NCBI GenBank assembly: GCA_001179505.1
Contig: CDMY01000055.1
Coordinates: forward strand, 62,001 to 126,000
Direction: 5' to 3'
From: Vitrella brassicaformis CCMP3155
Taxonomy: Eukaryota > Protista > Chromerida
Length of the DNA: 64,000 nt
The translations under genes were made by a program, and so were the position numbers. Every line of letters starts with the position of its first letter. Within the stretch, counting starts at the first letter, position 1. The notes under the pieces are model-generated. The model saw only the letters and a list, made by a program, of their open reading frames with translations, was not told the origin of the DNA and did not search any database. Of this stretch, positions 36,101 to 49,918 are shown piece after piece.

Positions 36101-38071
36101 TGTTGGTGCGGGCGGGCCGGAAGAGATTGCTGATTCGCTCGCCCAGTCCCGGCCCGCTCGTGAAGGCCGCTGGGTGTACTCCCGACGGTGGTGGGATGGG
36201 GACAGCGTCGCGGGGAGATGGCCCAGAGGTGAAGAAAGAGGGGTAGACGTCGACGTGGCCTTTGGCTGCGATCCACGCTGTCACAAAATCCGGGCCGAAG
36301 TCGCGGATGGGGAGTGACTTGAGGAGGGAGGGAAGGGTCGGGGGGCCGGGGGGTTTGGTGGCCTTGGTGGTGGTGGTTGTTGGTCCTTTTGCCTGGTCTC
36401 CGGCTGTGGCAGCTGACGCATCTGCTGCTGCTGGTTGTGGTGGTAGTGTGGGCGGGGTGAGGTGACACCACAAGTCATGTCCGCACTGATAAAGCGACTG
36501 CAGATACTCGCGCACACGACCCTGATGCGCAACACATCCATCATACCAAAGAGTAAGAGAGTGAGTCCATGACCTATCAGTGAGTGAGCCTCTTTCCTCA
36601 ATCTACCCACCCGCAGTTCGTCGGCGGCCTTGTCGACGTCCATTTTGCTGTCGCTGTCGTGACTCCCGCCCTCACCCTCACTGCCGCTGCCATTTCTGGA
36701 CGGCACGGCTGCGTACACATAAGGCCCCTCCCTTTGCCGCCTCTCCTTGCCACTGGCAGGCGGCAAAGGGAACTGACCCGCATACGGCCGACACACACGC
36801 ATCAGCTCCCTCACCCACCGTCTGTCAGCCTCGCTCGGGCCACATTGCGACTGAAGCCGCGGCACCCACAGACCACCAGCACACCCTGCCGCCCTGGGAT
36901 GGCCCTTGGGCGACCGCTCGCCTTTGGAGCCGCTGTGGCTGGTCGGCCGAGGCACAGTTATGGCTGCTGGTGGTGGCTCAAGGGGCAACCGCGGGGGCAG
37001 AAATGGGGATGGCGGGGACGAGGGCGCCGGGGGGACGGGTGGGGGTCGGGCAGCGGTGAAGTGCAGCCGCGCGTGGCCCTTGAATGGCGGTGTGTGTGAC
37101 GTGAGATGGAGGTCGAGAGTCGCATGGATGGGGAGGGCCTTGACGAGCGGCCGCAAAGTGTCGTGTGAATCGGTGACGCCCACCAGAATGCCGTCAGTGA
37201 TGGACCGCTCCAGGAAGCCCTCCAGCCACGGCACCGGGAAGACCGGCAGATGGATGCCGCCAAAGGGAGAGAGGTGCGTCACATGGCCATCTCCCTCGCC
37301 ATTACCGTCTGCCGTCCTCTCGTGGCTGCACTGCAGGAGTTCCCCAATGGCCATTGTCCACCGCCAGACGTCATAGCCGCTCGAACAGACCACCAGCCGC
37401 CCCTCGAGCAGCCCCAGCTTGACCACCCTGACCAGGTCGTCACCAAGCTGCTGCACCAGCCACAGCAAACGGCTCGCCCTGTGAGCGTCAATCGACACGG
37501 ATGGCTGGGACCAATCTGCATCTGAGAAGCCCTCCCCATCTGCTTCATCGTCATCGCAGCTCAGCGGCGGCAGGGTGGGGAACGACGGGCATTGGAAAGG
37601 TTCAGACGGCAGCCGCCTGGGCGCCCGAGAGAGATGGCCGGCGAGAGCCTCGAAGGACTGGATGCCAATCGTGCCGATGAGAGCGTCCCGTTCGCTGCCT
37701 CCTGCCGCGCCGGTCGGCCGCCGCCTTCGCGCCAAGAGGTTGATGAGAGGCAGCGGTGAGCTATCGGGCGTGCAGCAGTGCCACGGTAGTGAGAAGGCGA
37801 AAGATGCATCGTCCTCATCAGCCTCATCGTCTTGATGAGTGCCGTTGTTGTCCTGCTGGTCGGCTGCTGCCGTCCACTGCGATAAGACCGCCGCTGCGTG
37901 GCGCCAGAGAGAGGTGTCCTGGAGGTAGGCGAGAATGCTGATGGGCCGGGTGGCCTGGATCTGCCACCGTGCGTTGGCGGGAGGGCTCGTGCGCTCCAGG
38001 ATGAAGCTGATGGTTGTGTCGGGCGTCTGGAGATGCCCGCACAGCGCCGCGTCCGCTCCATCTGTCATCAT
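33184..38071 (-). CDS. Large multi-exon protein: DENN/AVL9-like region plus GOLD-like domain interrupted by low-complexity inserts
   Basis: LVRVVKLGLLEGRLVVCSS...LPVFPVPWLEGFL..GILVGVTD is cDENN-like. VEWEFDLLEHDIDF and YTFRWSNSASVFRKRRVHFRF are GOLD-like strands. Confidence 0.5.
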
Positions 38072-38464
38072 CTTTGTTCCTTGAAAAAGCTGCCGCACCA
38101 GCCCGCATGACTAGGCTGCTCGAAGCGAGGAGACTCCTTCTCGAATGCCCAGAGCCAACAAGCTCGCAATGCACGATGGATCGAGCCGCCGGCAGAATGG
38201 ATAGGGCGGCGAGGCTGCATGTGAAGACCGCAGCTCATCACTCATAGTGTAGTCGCAGGCCTCTCGTGTTTTAGTGAGAAGGACGGCAGGTCCGAAAGAA
38301 TCGCTCATAGCTCTTTGTCTGTTTGGCGCATCCACGCCGACCGACCGACAGAGCCACCTCACCGACGTGACTCGACGAGAGAACTAAGGTGAGCACGACA
38401 ATGGCCGCAGCCACTCATCACGATGGTGTACGTTGCTCCGGTTCGGTGTGCCTGTGCATGTGTT

Positions 38465-40374
38465 TGCTGCAGTCATGTCGATGAGTGACGAGGGCGGCGC
38501 GCCGCCCAAACGGCCCCGCACACAGGGAGGAGAGGAAATGACGCCATCCGATAGCAAATCGGTGAGGCAACTGACTGACAGAAGAGCACTCGTGGTCACA
38601 TCACACCTGTCTGTCTGTCTGTCTGTGTGTTGTGGTTCAGTCCATCGCTGAGGGTATGGCTCAGCTGGAGGAGCGCATCGCGTCACTTCACTCACACATA
38701 CAACAGGTGACCCACACGTCAGAGGGCTCACTGTGACGTGACGCCATCCGTCCAGTGGGCTCTCACTCTCTGTGTTGCCGTCGGCTGTTTGTGTGTCTAT
38801 CAGGCCACTCGCGAGGCTGCCGATGTGCAGGAGCTCTTCAACAAGACAGTCGCAGCACAGGTCAACCACACACAAACACCCACACAATGAGGCCGTCAGC
38901 ACACTCTCCCATTGTGTGTCTGTGTGCTGTCGTGCAGACGCCATTTCTCGCCCAGAAGTGGCCTGGCGTGTTGTCGGCTCTCTCGTCGGCTGTCGAGGGT
39001 CTGCGTGGGATCGGTGAGGGCGTCAAGGGCACCTGCCGGCCGATCGGCTGGGCTAAGCCGCCGCCACCCAGACACTTGGGTGACGACCTGTCGGCCGACG
39101 TGTGGCGTGGGGTCATCCACCCGATGCTGTCTGTGAGTGAGGCCGTCTGCTCGGCCCGCCCCACCAGCAAGGCACACGGCAGCCAACTGGTCGATGAGGC
39201 CTTCATGCTCAAGCGCATCGACCAGGACCTCAACAAAGACTCACTCACCGGACTCGTCGATGTCGAACGGCCCACCCCTCCCACAGGCACACCCACAGCA
39301 GCAGACACCGACCCCCCCGGTGGCCCCCCGACACACCCACAGCCAGACAGCGATGCCGCCACGCCAGCGGACCGCAGCCGGCGGTTTCGCTATCTGTCGG
39401 CGTCCGCCTATGCACTGGAGCGAGGAGGGGCGGTGTTGCAGCAGATGGCCGATTTTATTCATCTATCGCACAAGTACAAGCTCACAAAGGAACTGCCCCT
39501 CCGGCTGTCGGCTGATGGGATGGCCGACGACTTGGCCAACAAGACGGCCCTCGATGAGCTGCCACTCGCCCTGGCCGTCTACAAGACATTCGGCCATCTG
39601 CTCACATACAAGCCCGAGGGCAGCGACGAGGAGACCAGCCTGGCACTGGAGCGGGTTGAGGGGGGCGATGATGGCGACCAAAGTGAGAGCGGCCAGGACA
39701 GTGAGGATGGCATGGACGAGGGAGGGAATGAGGAACAAGATGACGACATCGACCAGCAGGGGCAGGAGAATGGCGGCGGTGACGTGAGTGCCGGAGAGGG
39801 ACCAGGGGGCAGCCAGCAGGGCGGACAGCCAGGTGGTGTGAGGAGGCAGCGCTACAGGATCGGTGAAGAGGACTTCACGACGGTTCACCTCGCTGATTTG
39901 CCCCCCACCCACCCCTACCGCAGCACATACGACGTCGACGATCCCGTCGTCCGCCATGATGACTGTCTCTACCCATCATTCACAACATTCCTCAAGGCGA
40001 CGGTCCTCATGCGGTGGTATGGTCAAGAGGGGGTGGAGGAGGAGGAGCTGACTGATGCTCATGTTGGTCGTGACGACACTGGGTATCAGTTCCTGCTGAC
40101 GGCACCGGCCATCGAGGGCTACAAGACCGTCGACTACATCGATGAGCATCCAGTCCACCAGGGATATGACGGCCGGCGACTCATCATCCTCAAGGGCACC
40201 GTAGCGACCGACACCATTGCGGCCTACCTGTTGGTGGTGAGTGGCAGCATCCGCCTGTACACAACCGAGGCGCCGAGTGACGGCAGCACAGACATCGATC
40301 GCTACCCCATTGCCGTGGCGGCTGCCCGCCCTTTGCTGGCCAAATATGGGCTGGAGATGACAGTGCTTGCATAG
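38465..40374 (+). CDS. Lineage-specific expanded family member (multi-exon, acidic insertion)
   Basis: Long ORF 38755-40374 with family motifs; short upstream exons from MSMSDEGGAPPKRPR. Confidence 0.75.
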
Positions 40375-41008
40375 ACGGCTTAGCTGACGACAGCACACTG
40401 GTGAGGAGGAAAGAGAGTAGGCGAGGGAGAGAGCAGGCGTGACAATGCCATGGCTCTCATCATTCCTTGTGTCGTGTGCTGTGTTGATGTCTGCAGGTGT
40501 CGCATCACTCTGTTGGCGGGGCAGCGGGGCGGATTAATGCCGCTGACGAGAGGATTGGGGGGGTCGATCATGGTGCATCTATCGGGATGGGGCGACATCT
40601 CCGGCTGACGGTCTGTAGCCGACCTGTCAGGCCGATTGGTGTGATGCGGTGAATGCTGGTGGGAGTGAGTGATGGCGTGTGGCATGGTGTTCACAGCTCG
40701 ACCCTCTGCTGGCGTGATGTGTGTCGGTTTCAATGTATCGTGCCTGCCTTGTATGTATCGATACCAATGAGCGGACGGGCGCTTTTAATTGTATGGTGGA
40801 GTGTGTGAGTTGGTTTTTAATTTTTGGTTTTTAATTTTTCTGTCACCGGTGTCTAGGTTTTGTTTGTCCGGGTTTTGGGTTTCAGGGTTTCTCCCGGCGC
40901 TTTCCCCTCTCCCTCTTTTCCATCGCCTGGGCACATACCAGTGCCAGCACTTCTCGAATCTTGGCAGATCTTTGGCGTCCGCGTGTCGCTGATTCATTGA
41001 TCTGACGC

Positions 41009-43849
41009 ATGGGGCGTCTGCCCCGACTGCGCACCCCTTCCCCACATCCGCCGATCATCTCGGGCCCTCCTACGGCAGTGTTGGCAAGGCGGCAGGCGCC
41101 GATTCCCGCGGAGGGGATGAGTGGCTGGTGTCGGCCGGTGAGCGGATCTGTGCACTATAAGAGGATGGTGGCGTGCAGGAGCATCCAGCCCGACGACTAC
41201 GTCGCGCTGCTGCAGAGAATGGTGAGCGATGCACACAGACAGACGTGCAGAGAGAGGTGCAGGCATCGTTGTGGCTGTGCAGGTTGGCGAGTATCCGCTA
41301 GATGTGGATGAGTCCTTGCTGCGCGCCATGAGCTACCGCTTCTACGAGAGTGCGGAGGAGTTCTTCCCGCCACAGATACAACAGGCAGGCAGGCAGGCAG
41401 GCCACACACAACGGGCCGACACATTGTGGTGGGTGTGATGTGGTGTCAGGTGCTGACCCTGTTCAGGGATCTGTCGTACGCCGACGAGTGCGTGCTGGGC
41501 GGGCTGGTCGGCAGGTCAATACATTACATTACACGAACGAACGAACCATGTGGATGTCTTGTCTTACCTTGGCTTGCTAGAATGGCTCACTTTGTGTGTG
41601 GATGTGGATGCTTGTCGTCAGGTTGGACGACATGCTGATGAGGCCCTCCCCCAGGCGCATGTACGAGCTCATGGACGCTTACGCCGACCTGCATATCTCA
41701 CACCCACTCGTGAGTCTACCGGGGCACTGCATACACACATTTGGCTGGTTTGACGCACTTTATGAGTGTCTTGCTGCGGTGTCTGGGTAAACAGGCGCTG
41801 CAGCCGGTGCTCGACAGGGTGTCTGATCGCATGCAGGAGTTCACCAAGGAGCTTCCCAGGCTGCTCGCCTCCATGGCGACCTTGCAGACGCACGACAGGC
41901 TGCTGGTGGACGGACTCGCCACACAAGTGAGTGGGCCACACGCGAGCAGCCGCTGACAAATCTGATTGCTTGACGGCCTTGGGTTGTTCGCTTGCCTGCA
42001 GGCGTATTTGCAGAGGGACTACATCAGGGACAATTTCATTTGGTGAGCTACGAAGGGATGGCGCTTCAGGTTCTGAGAGAAGCTATGTGTGTGTGCTGTC
42101 CCGTCACCACTCAGGGCGTTCGAGGCCTTCTCTCGCCACGGATACACCCACGGCGACATCGAACCAGCATTCAAGCAACTGGTCACTCAACCGAGAAAGG
42201 TGAAGGCAACACACAAACGATCGGCTCGCAACACCGTCATCTCACCTGTCCATCCCTGTGTGTGGGAGTATGTATGTTGGTGTCGGTCTGTCATGGACGT
42301 GAGCAGCGGTGGTCGTTGGGCGAGAAGGTCGGTCTGCTGGCGGGGTGCGTGCGGATCGGCGACCAAGAGGGGGCTGACAAAATGAGGTCGGCACTCGATG
42401 AGAGAACTCAACGAATGGGAGGGCCAGGAGCATTCCTGGACCTTCTGTGCGTGTGCGCAGGTCTGAGCTGCTAAGTGACGTCAGTGGAGACTCCGCCAAA
42501 CAGTCACTGCTGCTGGAATACATGAAGAGGCTCCGGTGGGTGTGGTGTGCCAGTACAGACAGACACACGCAGACGAGGCACTAGTTAACCGATCTGTCTG
42601 TGTGTGTGTGTGTATGCAGGTTGCGTGACGCTGGGTTGGTGCGTATGTGCGAGGAGGGCCTGGAGATGTCCCTCCAGTCCCTTGATGCCGTCAGGGGGCA
42701 CCTGGCCCACGACATACACGCACTCGCCATGCTCATTCCCACGCAACCCACACTCCTGGTCAGTCAGTCAGTCAGTCATTCAGTCAGTCAACACACACAC
42801 ACGGCGCACAAATGACCCTGACTATGATGTGTGTGGTCACTAACCACTCTTCCTTTCAGGCGGTGGCTATGACGTCCCCGATGTTGGTGCAGTCTTTGGC
42901 GCGTCTGGATGCCAAGAAGCTGACCCTCCTACTGCACGCAGCCTGTTGCATGCTGGTCCACGCTACATCACAGCAACAGGGGGCTACTGAAGCGCTCGGC
43001 ATGGACAGCCACTCGGCAATGTGGGCCGGCTTACTGACCGGCATCGAGAGAGGCTGGAGGCAGCTAGACCTCACGCACAGGCGGATGCTGCTCGCCGCCA
43101 TTATCTACTTGCAGGACCAGACAGCAGTGCAGGTCTGTGTGTATGTCTGTGTGAGATCCACACACACACACACACGCACACCACCCTGCTGCTGTCCTTT
43201 GTGTGTACGGATTCAGACGGAGGCCGTTCTGCCTGCTGAGGCGGTGTCATTCATGCGGTCCTTTCGCCATGCGGGCGTGCCGCCCCTGCCCCCTTCCTCC
43301 CCCTCTGACTTCACCTTCAGACACGCCGAGCCGCAGACACTCGCAGGCGTCAGTGTGCTGCGATTCCCAGACCGCTATTCGCCCCCAGCAGCAGCAGCAG
43401 CAGCAGCAGCAGCACGAGCTGATGGGGAAGACTGGTTCGACAAGGCCATCTATGACGCACTCACGAGGACCACCGAAAACGGCGGCGCACCATCGGGTCA
43501 GCTGCCGTCGTTCGTGTTTGGTGGTGTGGACGACTGTCTGGTCGGCGACGTGAGAGGCACCACTGATGGTAATTGTGTGTATCTGGATGGTGATGCTCGA
43601 GAGAGGAAGCTGCTGGTAGGTCCCTGGAAGCAGCTCGAGATGGCGGCTGTGGGGTGCGAGGGGCGTCACGGTGCGGCGGGTGATAATGATGTGAGGGTGT
43701 GTGTGCTGGCCACACTGCCGGGCAGCAATGTCAAGGAGGACAAAGGGCTGCGGGTCGTTGGTGTGTGTGGAGACTGTCCAGACAGACAAACAAACGGACA
43801 GGCAGACAGACAGGCAGACAGGCAGACAAGACAAGCAGTGAGCGACTGA
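41009..43849 (+). CDS. Multi-exon alpha-helical protein, possibly organelle-targeted RNA-binding (RAP/HPR-like)
   Basis: R/P-rich N-terminus and many Leu-rich helical exons bounded by GT(GC)-AG. Family assignment is a weak inference. Confidence 0.45.
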
Positions 43850-44322
43850 GAGTGGCTGTCTGTCTGTCTGTCTCCTTCCCATGGATTGGATGCGTGTATA
43901 CGTAAACGGAATGTATGCATTTGTACATCGAGAGAGAAGCAAACGACCAATCGATCGATCGTCGAGTCTTGATTTACAAAGTTGGTACAAGATGTCCGTA
44001 TGGACAGATGCACAAAGTTTAAGAGCTCGTCCCGTCCATTGCAAACGAAAAGCGGACACACGCACACACAGGCAGCACAGACGGTGTCTATTAATGAGAG
44101 GAAATATCCTGCATGTTTCTCTCTCTTCGCTGTCTCTCGAATGTGTCTCGTTTCTCTCCCGTCACTCAGGCGATCACTCTTCACCTTCATCCATCACTCA
44201 AACACAGGCAGCAGGCAGGAGACGCGCACTCAATTTTCTCGGCATTTTCTGCACTATGAATGTCGGTTTGTCTTGAGCATTGGTGCTGTTTTTGGCAGGT
44301 TGGTTGGATGGACCAGGGCAGC

Positions 44323-47053
44323 CTAGAGGTCTGTGGAGACTTCAATGACCTCCTCGGCCTTCTTGGCCTCGACATGGTCGCCCTTGTCGACGATCAAAGA
44401 GCTGCACACACACAAAACAAACACACACACACACACACACACGAACACAAACCATATCATAAATGTACCACTTTGTCTGTGTGAGCAATGAGGCCATTAT
44501 GCATGCGGATATCCATACATATTGTGGTCCTTGAAGTGGTGTTTGACGGCCTCGATGATGGCGGTCACGTCCAAGGCGGGTGTGGCCGCCTGCTTCTCCA
44601 GCTGCTGTATCTGCTCGGAAGAGACTCGGTCGCTCACCACGGCACCGCCCGTCACGTGCCCTCCACCGACTAGGGCCTCGCCCTCTGGCGTGAAGAGGCG
44701 CAGATCTGAGAACGTAAGATGGATGGATGGATGGATGGATGTCTCTGTGTGTTTCTGCTTCCTACCTACCTTTGAGGCGCTTGAAGAACTCGCGGCCCTC
44801 CTTGTCGAGCTGAGTGCCGTACTTCGCCTCTCGTTTCTTGAGCTTTCTCTTGTGGATGGCCACCTTGATGAAGTAGGTGCTGACGGCAATGACCGCACCG
44901 CCGACTGCCATTCCCGCCACGAAGGGCACAATGGTCGCAGCGGTCACTGCGGCGGACCCCTGAATGTGTTGTACACGCATATCTATGTCTCTGTAGCACA
45001 TATGAAGAGCGCCGACAGAAAGGCTGAGTGAATTACCAAGCCAAGAGCCATCGCGCCCTGTACAGTCACTGTGGAGGCGAAAGCGGAGAACAAAAACAAA
45101 CGACAGATAAAAGATTCCAAAGTCGTCCCCCTCACAATCAGAGACCTCATCAGTTGCAGACCCATGTCATACATGTATCCTTCTGCCTGCCTGCCGTCCT
45201 CCCTGGCTCTCTCTGCAGGGGACTTACATGCGAAGATGCCTCCGCCGATTGCGCCCGCCGCCAGCTGTTGGCCCACGATCTTCCCGCCCGTCTTGCCATG
45301 TATCTTCAAGGCGTTCTTGAACTTTTCTCCGAGGCTCTTCTTCGCAGTGCGGCACATGTCGTACACAGATCCGATTGGCTTGGTGGACTGGCCCAACAAA
45401 AGCTCAGAACGGCAGTACATCTGGTCCGTTCTGAGCACAAGGAGGGACGGTGTGTGAGCTGGTACATCGGACACACAAGGAAGGATAGTGATACTTCGGG
45501 TCATAACGGACGACGCCTGTGTCGATCTTGCTGGGCAGGACTGTCGACAGGGTGGCCTGCATTCATACACACGCAGGGAGGGAGGGAGGGAGGGAGGGAG
45601 GCAGGGAGGCAGGGAGGAGGACAGCATCTGTCAACATGGTGGCTGGTTGCATGTTCCCTCCTCTTGTCCATGTCCAGTCATGCTGACGTTTTTGAGTTGT
45701 TTCGCCTTGGCCTCATCGACGGCGGCTTTTACCTCATCGCTATTGAAGATGTCGCACTCCAGAGGGGAACCGATGTACGCAGGAGGCTCCGGCTCCGGCT
45801 CCGGCTCTGGCTGCTCCTGCTGCTTCTGTTGTTTCCGCTGCTCATGTTTCTTCGCCAGGTCATCCGAAATTTCTGTACACATACCGAGGACGGCACAGGC
45901 ACCCATACATCAATGTCGTGTCTCATTCATCAGAGGCAGGCCAGACCACTTGCCTTCCCTGCCTGGCTGGCTGCGTACCCTTGCCTCGCACGTCCTTGAG
46001 TCTCTTGGCGAAGACCTCCTTGACGGCGCCTTTGTGCTGCTTTGAGGTCAAGTAGATGGGACGGCCGATTGTCACTTGTGCTTCGTCCTCGGATGGGAGC
46101 GGATTCTGGCGGGACACATTCCCCCAGCCAGACCCAGATACAGATTGATCCCTGTCTGGCTGGCGTCAGTTGCATGCATGAGGTACCTACCTGTACTATG
46201 AAGCACATGTCTCTCGGCTGAACGTACACTGTGCGTTTGTCGCCGCGCCTGGCCCACGTGTCGATCTGTGCCAAGAGTCCTGGTGGGTAAAGAGGGTCGT
46301 CGGGAGCTGCACATACGCACGATGGACAGGAGCAAGGAGTGCATGAAGCGGGCGAATGGGTAAGTGTGCGTGTGTGGGTGGGTGAGGTGGGGGACTGACT
46401 GACCACGGAAGCGCTCCACCCCAGGCCGCTCTGGCCCTCTATAGATGCATCTCACATGATCCCACCTGAGTGTGAGCAATCAATAACGAACAAGAAACAC
46501 CATCACGCACCCCATATACATACGGCGTGGGTGTAGTTCAACCAATGAGTGCCATCACTGCTCACGGGTCCTGTGGTTCCCCATATTGGTAAGGGTCTTT
46601 CTCGCACCGCCCGCACGCCTGTGGCCCCCCGGGCATGCCCGGCACCTCGAGCTCACAGGTCTTGCCGATAAGCTTCTCACGGACAGCTGCCACGGGGTCC
46701 GTCCCTCGTTTGCTCTTTTTGCTTGCGTGCATGCTCCTCCACGCATTCCGCTCGCAGCTGTCCGGCCATCCCGGTCCAGAATCCTCACCAGGTGTCCCTT
46801 GGCCCGGCGTGAACATCACCTCGCAAGTTACTGAAGGCAGGCAGGCAGGCAGGAGACTTGCTGGAGTCAGACGGGGCGCCGCGTTCCTTTTGTGTGTACC
46901 TCGCTGCTCAAACTGGACGTCACTCCACTCGTGAGCGTCGAAGAGGCGGCACTCGTTCGATTCGCCATTGCAAATCGACTCAGCCCGAGAGAACTTCAAG
47001 GGACACAGGGAGGTGAACGAAACAACAACAGCCCCAACCTCGAAGAGACGCAT
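44323..47053 (-). CDS. Multi-exon putative secreted/membrane protein of unknown function
   Basis: Starts MRLFEVGAVVVSFTSLCPLKFSRAES (signal-like); Cys-containing exons, PE repeat, Gly/Ala-rich hydrophobic segments; stop at 44323. Linkage of all exons into one gene is unverified. Confidence 0.45.
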
Positions 47054-47920
47054 CGCTCCTTAGACGAACTTCGTCGCTCTCTCCGTCGGTGTGCACGGGG
47101 CGGGAGGCGTTTGCAGCGTGGATGTCTCGCTCAGGCCTTGTGCGTCTTGCTTGTGGGATCTTTCGATGGTTCGGGGATTACTAAAACAGGGGGCCACTGG
47201 CAGTCTCTTGGCGAGGCCCCCATGCATGTACTAGCCGATCCACGTATTCTGCCGGAGTATTCCTATTCCTTCGAGCTGACAGCGTCCCTGTTCGTGTGTG
47301 AGGGTTGCAATGGGGGAGTTTTCTCATCAGATGATGAGTCACTGAGTGATTGAGAGTGAGTCGATTGACACCTTCCTTGCTTGAGCCAAGCCGGACTTTG
47401 ACAGACATGACACGTACGTTTAAATCGTCCGCGTGTCACACTGATCGCATTGCGATTGCACCATCACGCACACGGCCAATACACACAGGCAGAAAGACGT
47501 GTAGCACTCGACTAAGCACACTCACGCACACAAACACACACACACACGCGCGGAGGAATTGCAAAATAGGAGAGCATCCCCAGGAGTGGCCAAGTGAAAG
47601 ACAAAAACAAAAATGGCGCATGCAGGCAGACAGACAGACAGGCGCAGACAGCAATGCTGTCCCCACCACCCACCTCACCCACCCCTATCGACAGCTTTCC
47701 AACATTCCCCCCTCTCTCCCCATCCCATCCGCCCATGACATGATACACACACCATACCATCCCGTCCGCCCACCCACTCAAAATCGAGAAAATGCCCTCC
47801 GTCCCCTCCCTCCCTGCCTGCCTGCCTCCCGGCATCAATGCCATGGATGTGTGTAGGTAGGTAGATGGGTGACACCGACCGATCAAGTGTGTATGGTGTG
47901 TGTGGAGGGAGATAGATATA

Positions 47921-48515
47921 TCACCATGAGAAGAGTGTGTTCTGTCCCACTAGGTGGTCGAGGCGATTGATCCAGTCGATGGACACGCGGCGCGTCTGGC
48001 CGGCCGGCGCGCTCGACGCTATCGTCAGCATCGACACACCCGTGTTGTGGTGGAAAAACCTGACACACATATCAAGCAAGATGCCATCATGACATACACA
48101 CGGCACGGTCGTCCCTCTGTCTGTGTGTCGGTGTACGTACCTGATGAGGGGGTTGTCGTGTGTGCCGGTGATGGACTTGATGAGCAGGTCCAGCAGATCG
48201 GCGTGCGCCACGAGGATGACCAGATCGGCACTCCCACTCCCCGCCATGTGCCACAACCTGCCATGCCAGCCACACACAAAGACCGAACGTTGGTCCGGTG
48301 CCTCTGTCTGTGAGTATTAACATATTGTGTGTTGGCAGGCGGTGTTGTCTGTCTGTAAACTACGAACCACTCGGCGACTTTGTTGGCGCGTTTCAGTGCC
48401 TCGGCCAGCGTCTCCTTGGAATGGCCTGGTGTGGGGAAGCAAAGCAGCACCCACCGATTGACAGACAGTGAGTGACACACATATGGACTCACTGACTCCT
48501 TGCATGTCATGTATG

Positions 48516-48557
<42 letters not shown>

Positions 48558-49757
48558 ACCTCTGTACCAGCCGTCCTTCATGGCGTCGGGGAAGGTGACC
48601 TTGCCGGGGAAGTGCTTCTCGAACTCAGCCGTGGCCCATCCTGCACACACTCATCTCATCTCGCGAATGAATGAATGGCATGAACGAACATGAGGGAGGG
48701 GCCGACTGGCTGGCTGACCCTCTGAGGGCACAAATCTGCCGTTCTCCTCCTTGTACATGCCGCCAACCTGCACACACGCACCACAACCGTAATCGAAGAC
48801 CACCTTTTGGCCTGACTGAGTGCTCGTCTCATCTCGTGTGCGGCAGTCAGTCAGTCAGCTACATGCATACCTCGTACAGCTCTGGATTGCAGAAGACGCT
48901 TTTCCTCTCGAGACCGAGCGACTCGATCACGGGCATGGCCGTCAACATCGCCCGGAGCATCGGCGAAACGTACAAACGCTTTACACAGACACACACCAAG
49001 AAACAGAGGGAGCATCACATACCCTCTCTCCGTGTCCATCTGCCCCTCACCCCACCCACCCAAGACGTCGACATACCAGTCTGGGGAGGCCCGCGGCACT
49101 CTTCCGGTCACTGCCGATGGAGGTGGTGGTAGTGGGGGAGGACGCGCTGGCGCTGTCGGAATCGTCCTGCTCCTCATTCTCGCCGCTGTCGCCGTTGTTG
49201 GGGTTGGATGTGCGGGGCGGCAACAGGGAGGGCGGGATGTACGAGTCGATCATGGACGACAGACGGTCCACCTGCTTGACGCCCAACGATGATATCTCGG
49301 GGTCTGTCCACAGACAGACATATATATGCACGCAATGACATGCCATGGGCATCTTGCTGTCTGCGTTGTGTGCGTGTGTGCATGGGGCTGTGGAGCATGT
49401 GTCAGTCACTTGAGCTTCGCCTTCGCTCGAACTCTCGGTTCATATCCAGCCACTTGGAAGTGCCTGCGAGGAAATGGCCAATGCAGCCGTCGGAACAGAC
49501 ACAAACACACGCACAGAGGGCGGCGCAAGTGAAGAGTGCTCGTCGAGGTCATGACGGGCTGTCGGTCCCTCTCTTACCTGGGCTTGGGTAGCTCTGCTTC
49601 TCGCGGAGCTGCTGATAAATCTCGTTGTTCGAACTCTGTGCATGACGAATCATCAGGATCTGCACCACACACAAACACACTGGAATTCGCCTACGCGCGA
49701 ATGGTGGCCTGCATCTGTCGGAGATCTATTCTCCCGTCAGCCATCTCGTACCTTCAT
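47921..49757 (-). CDS. Histidine phosphatase / phosphoglycerate mutase-like protein (multi-exon)
   Basis: MK|ILMIRHAQSSNN catalytic motif, DPEISSLGVKQV, LYVSPMLRA, NPELYE|VGG, VILVAHADLL and HHNTGVS in correct order. Confidence 0.85.
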
Positions 49758-49918
49758 GGTTGTGACCTGCGTCGCGGCCGTCGGAGGGCCACTTCGCTCG
49801 CTCCGAAGACTACTCCATCAACTCCCCGTGAGGTTACGAAGGAGTGCGAGCTCGGGGTCGGGCCCCCTTTGCCCCCCCAGTCTCAGGCTTGTCGAAGCAT
49901 TTCTCCTCTCACCGCATC

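Noticed and set aside
40800-40900. T/G-rich tract with gggtttt/agggtttc units resembling telomeric repeats
   Set aside because: Too degenerate and short; more likely a promoter-proximal low-complexity tract.
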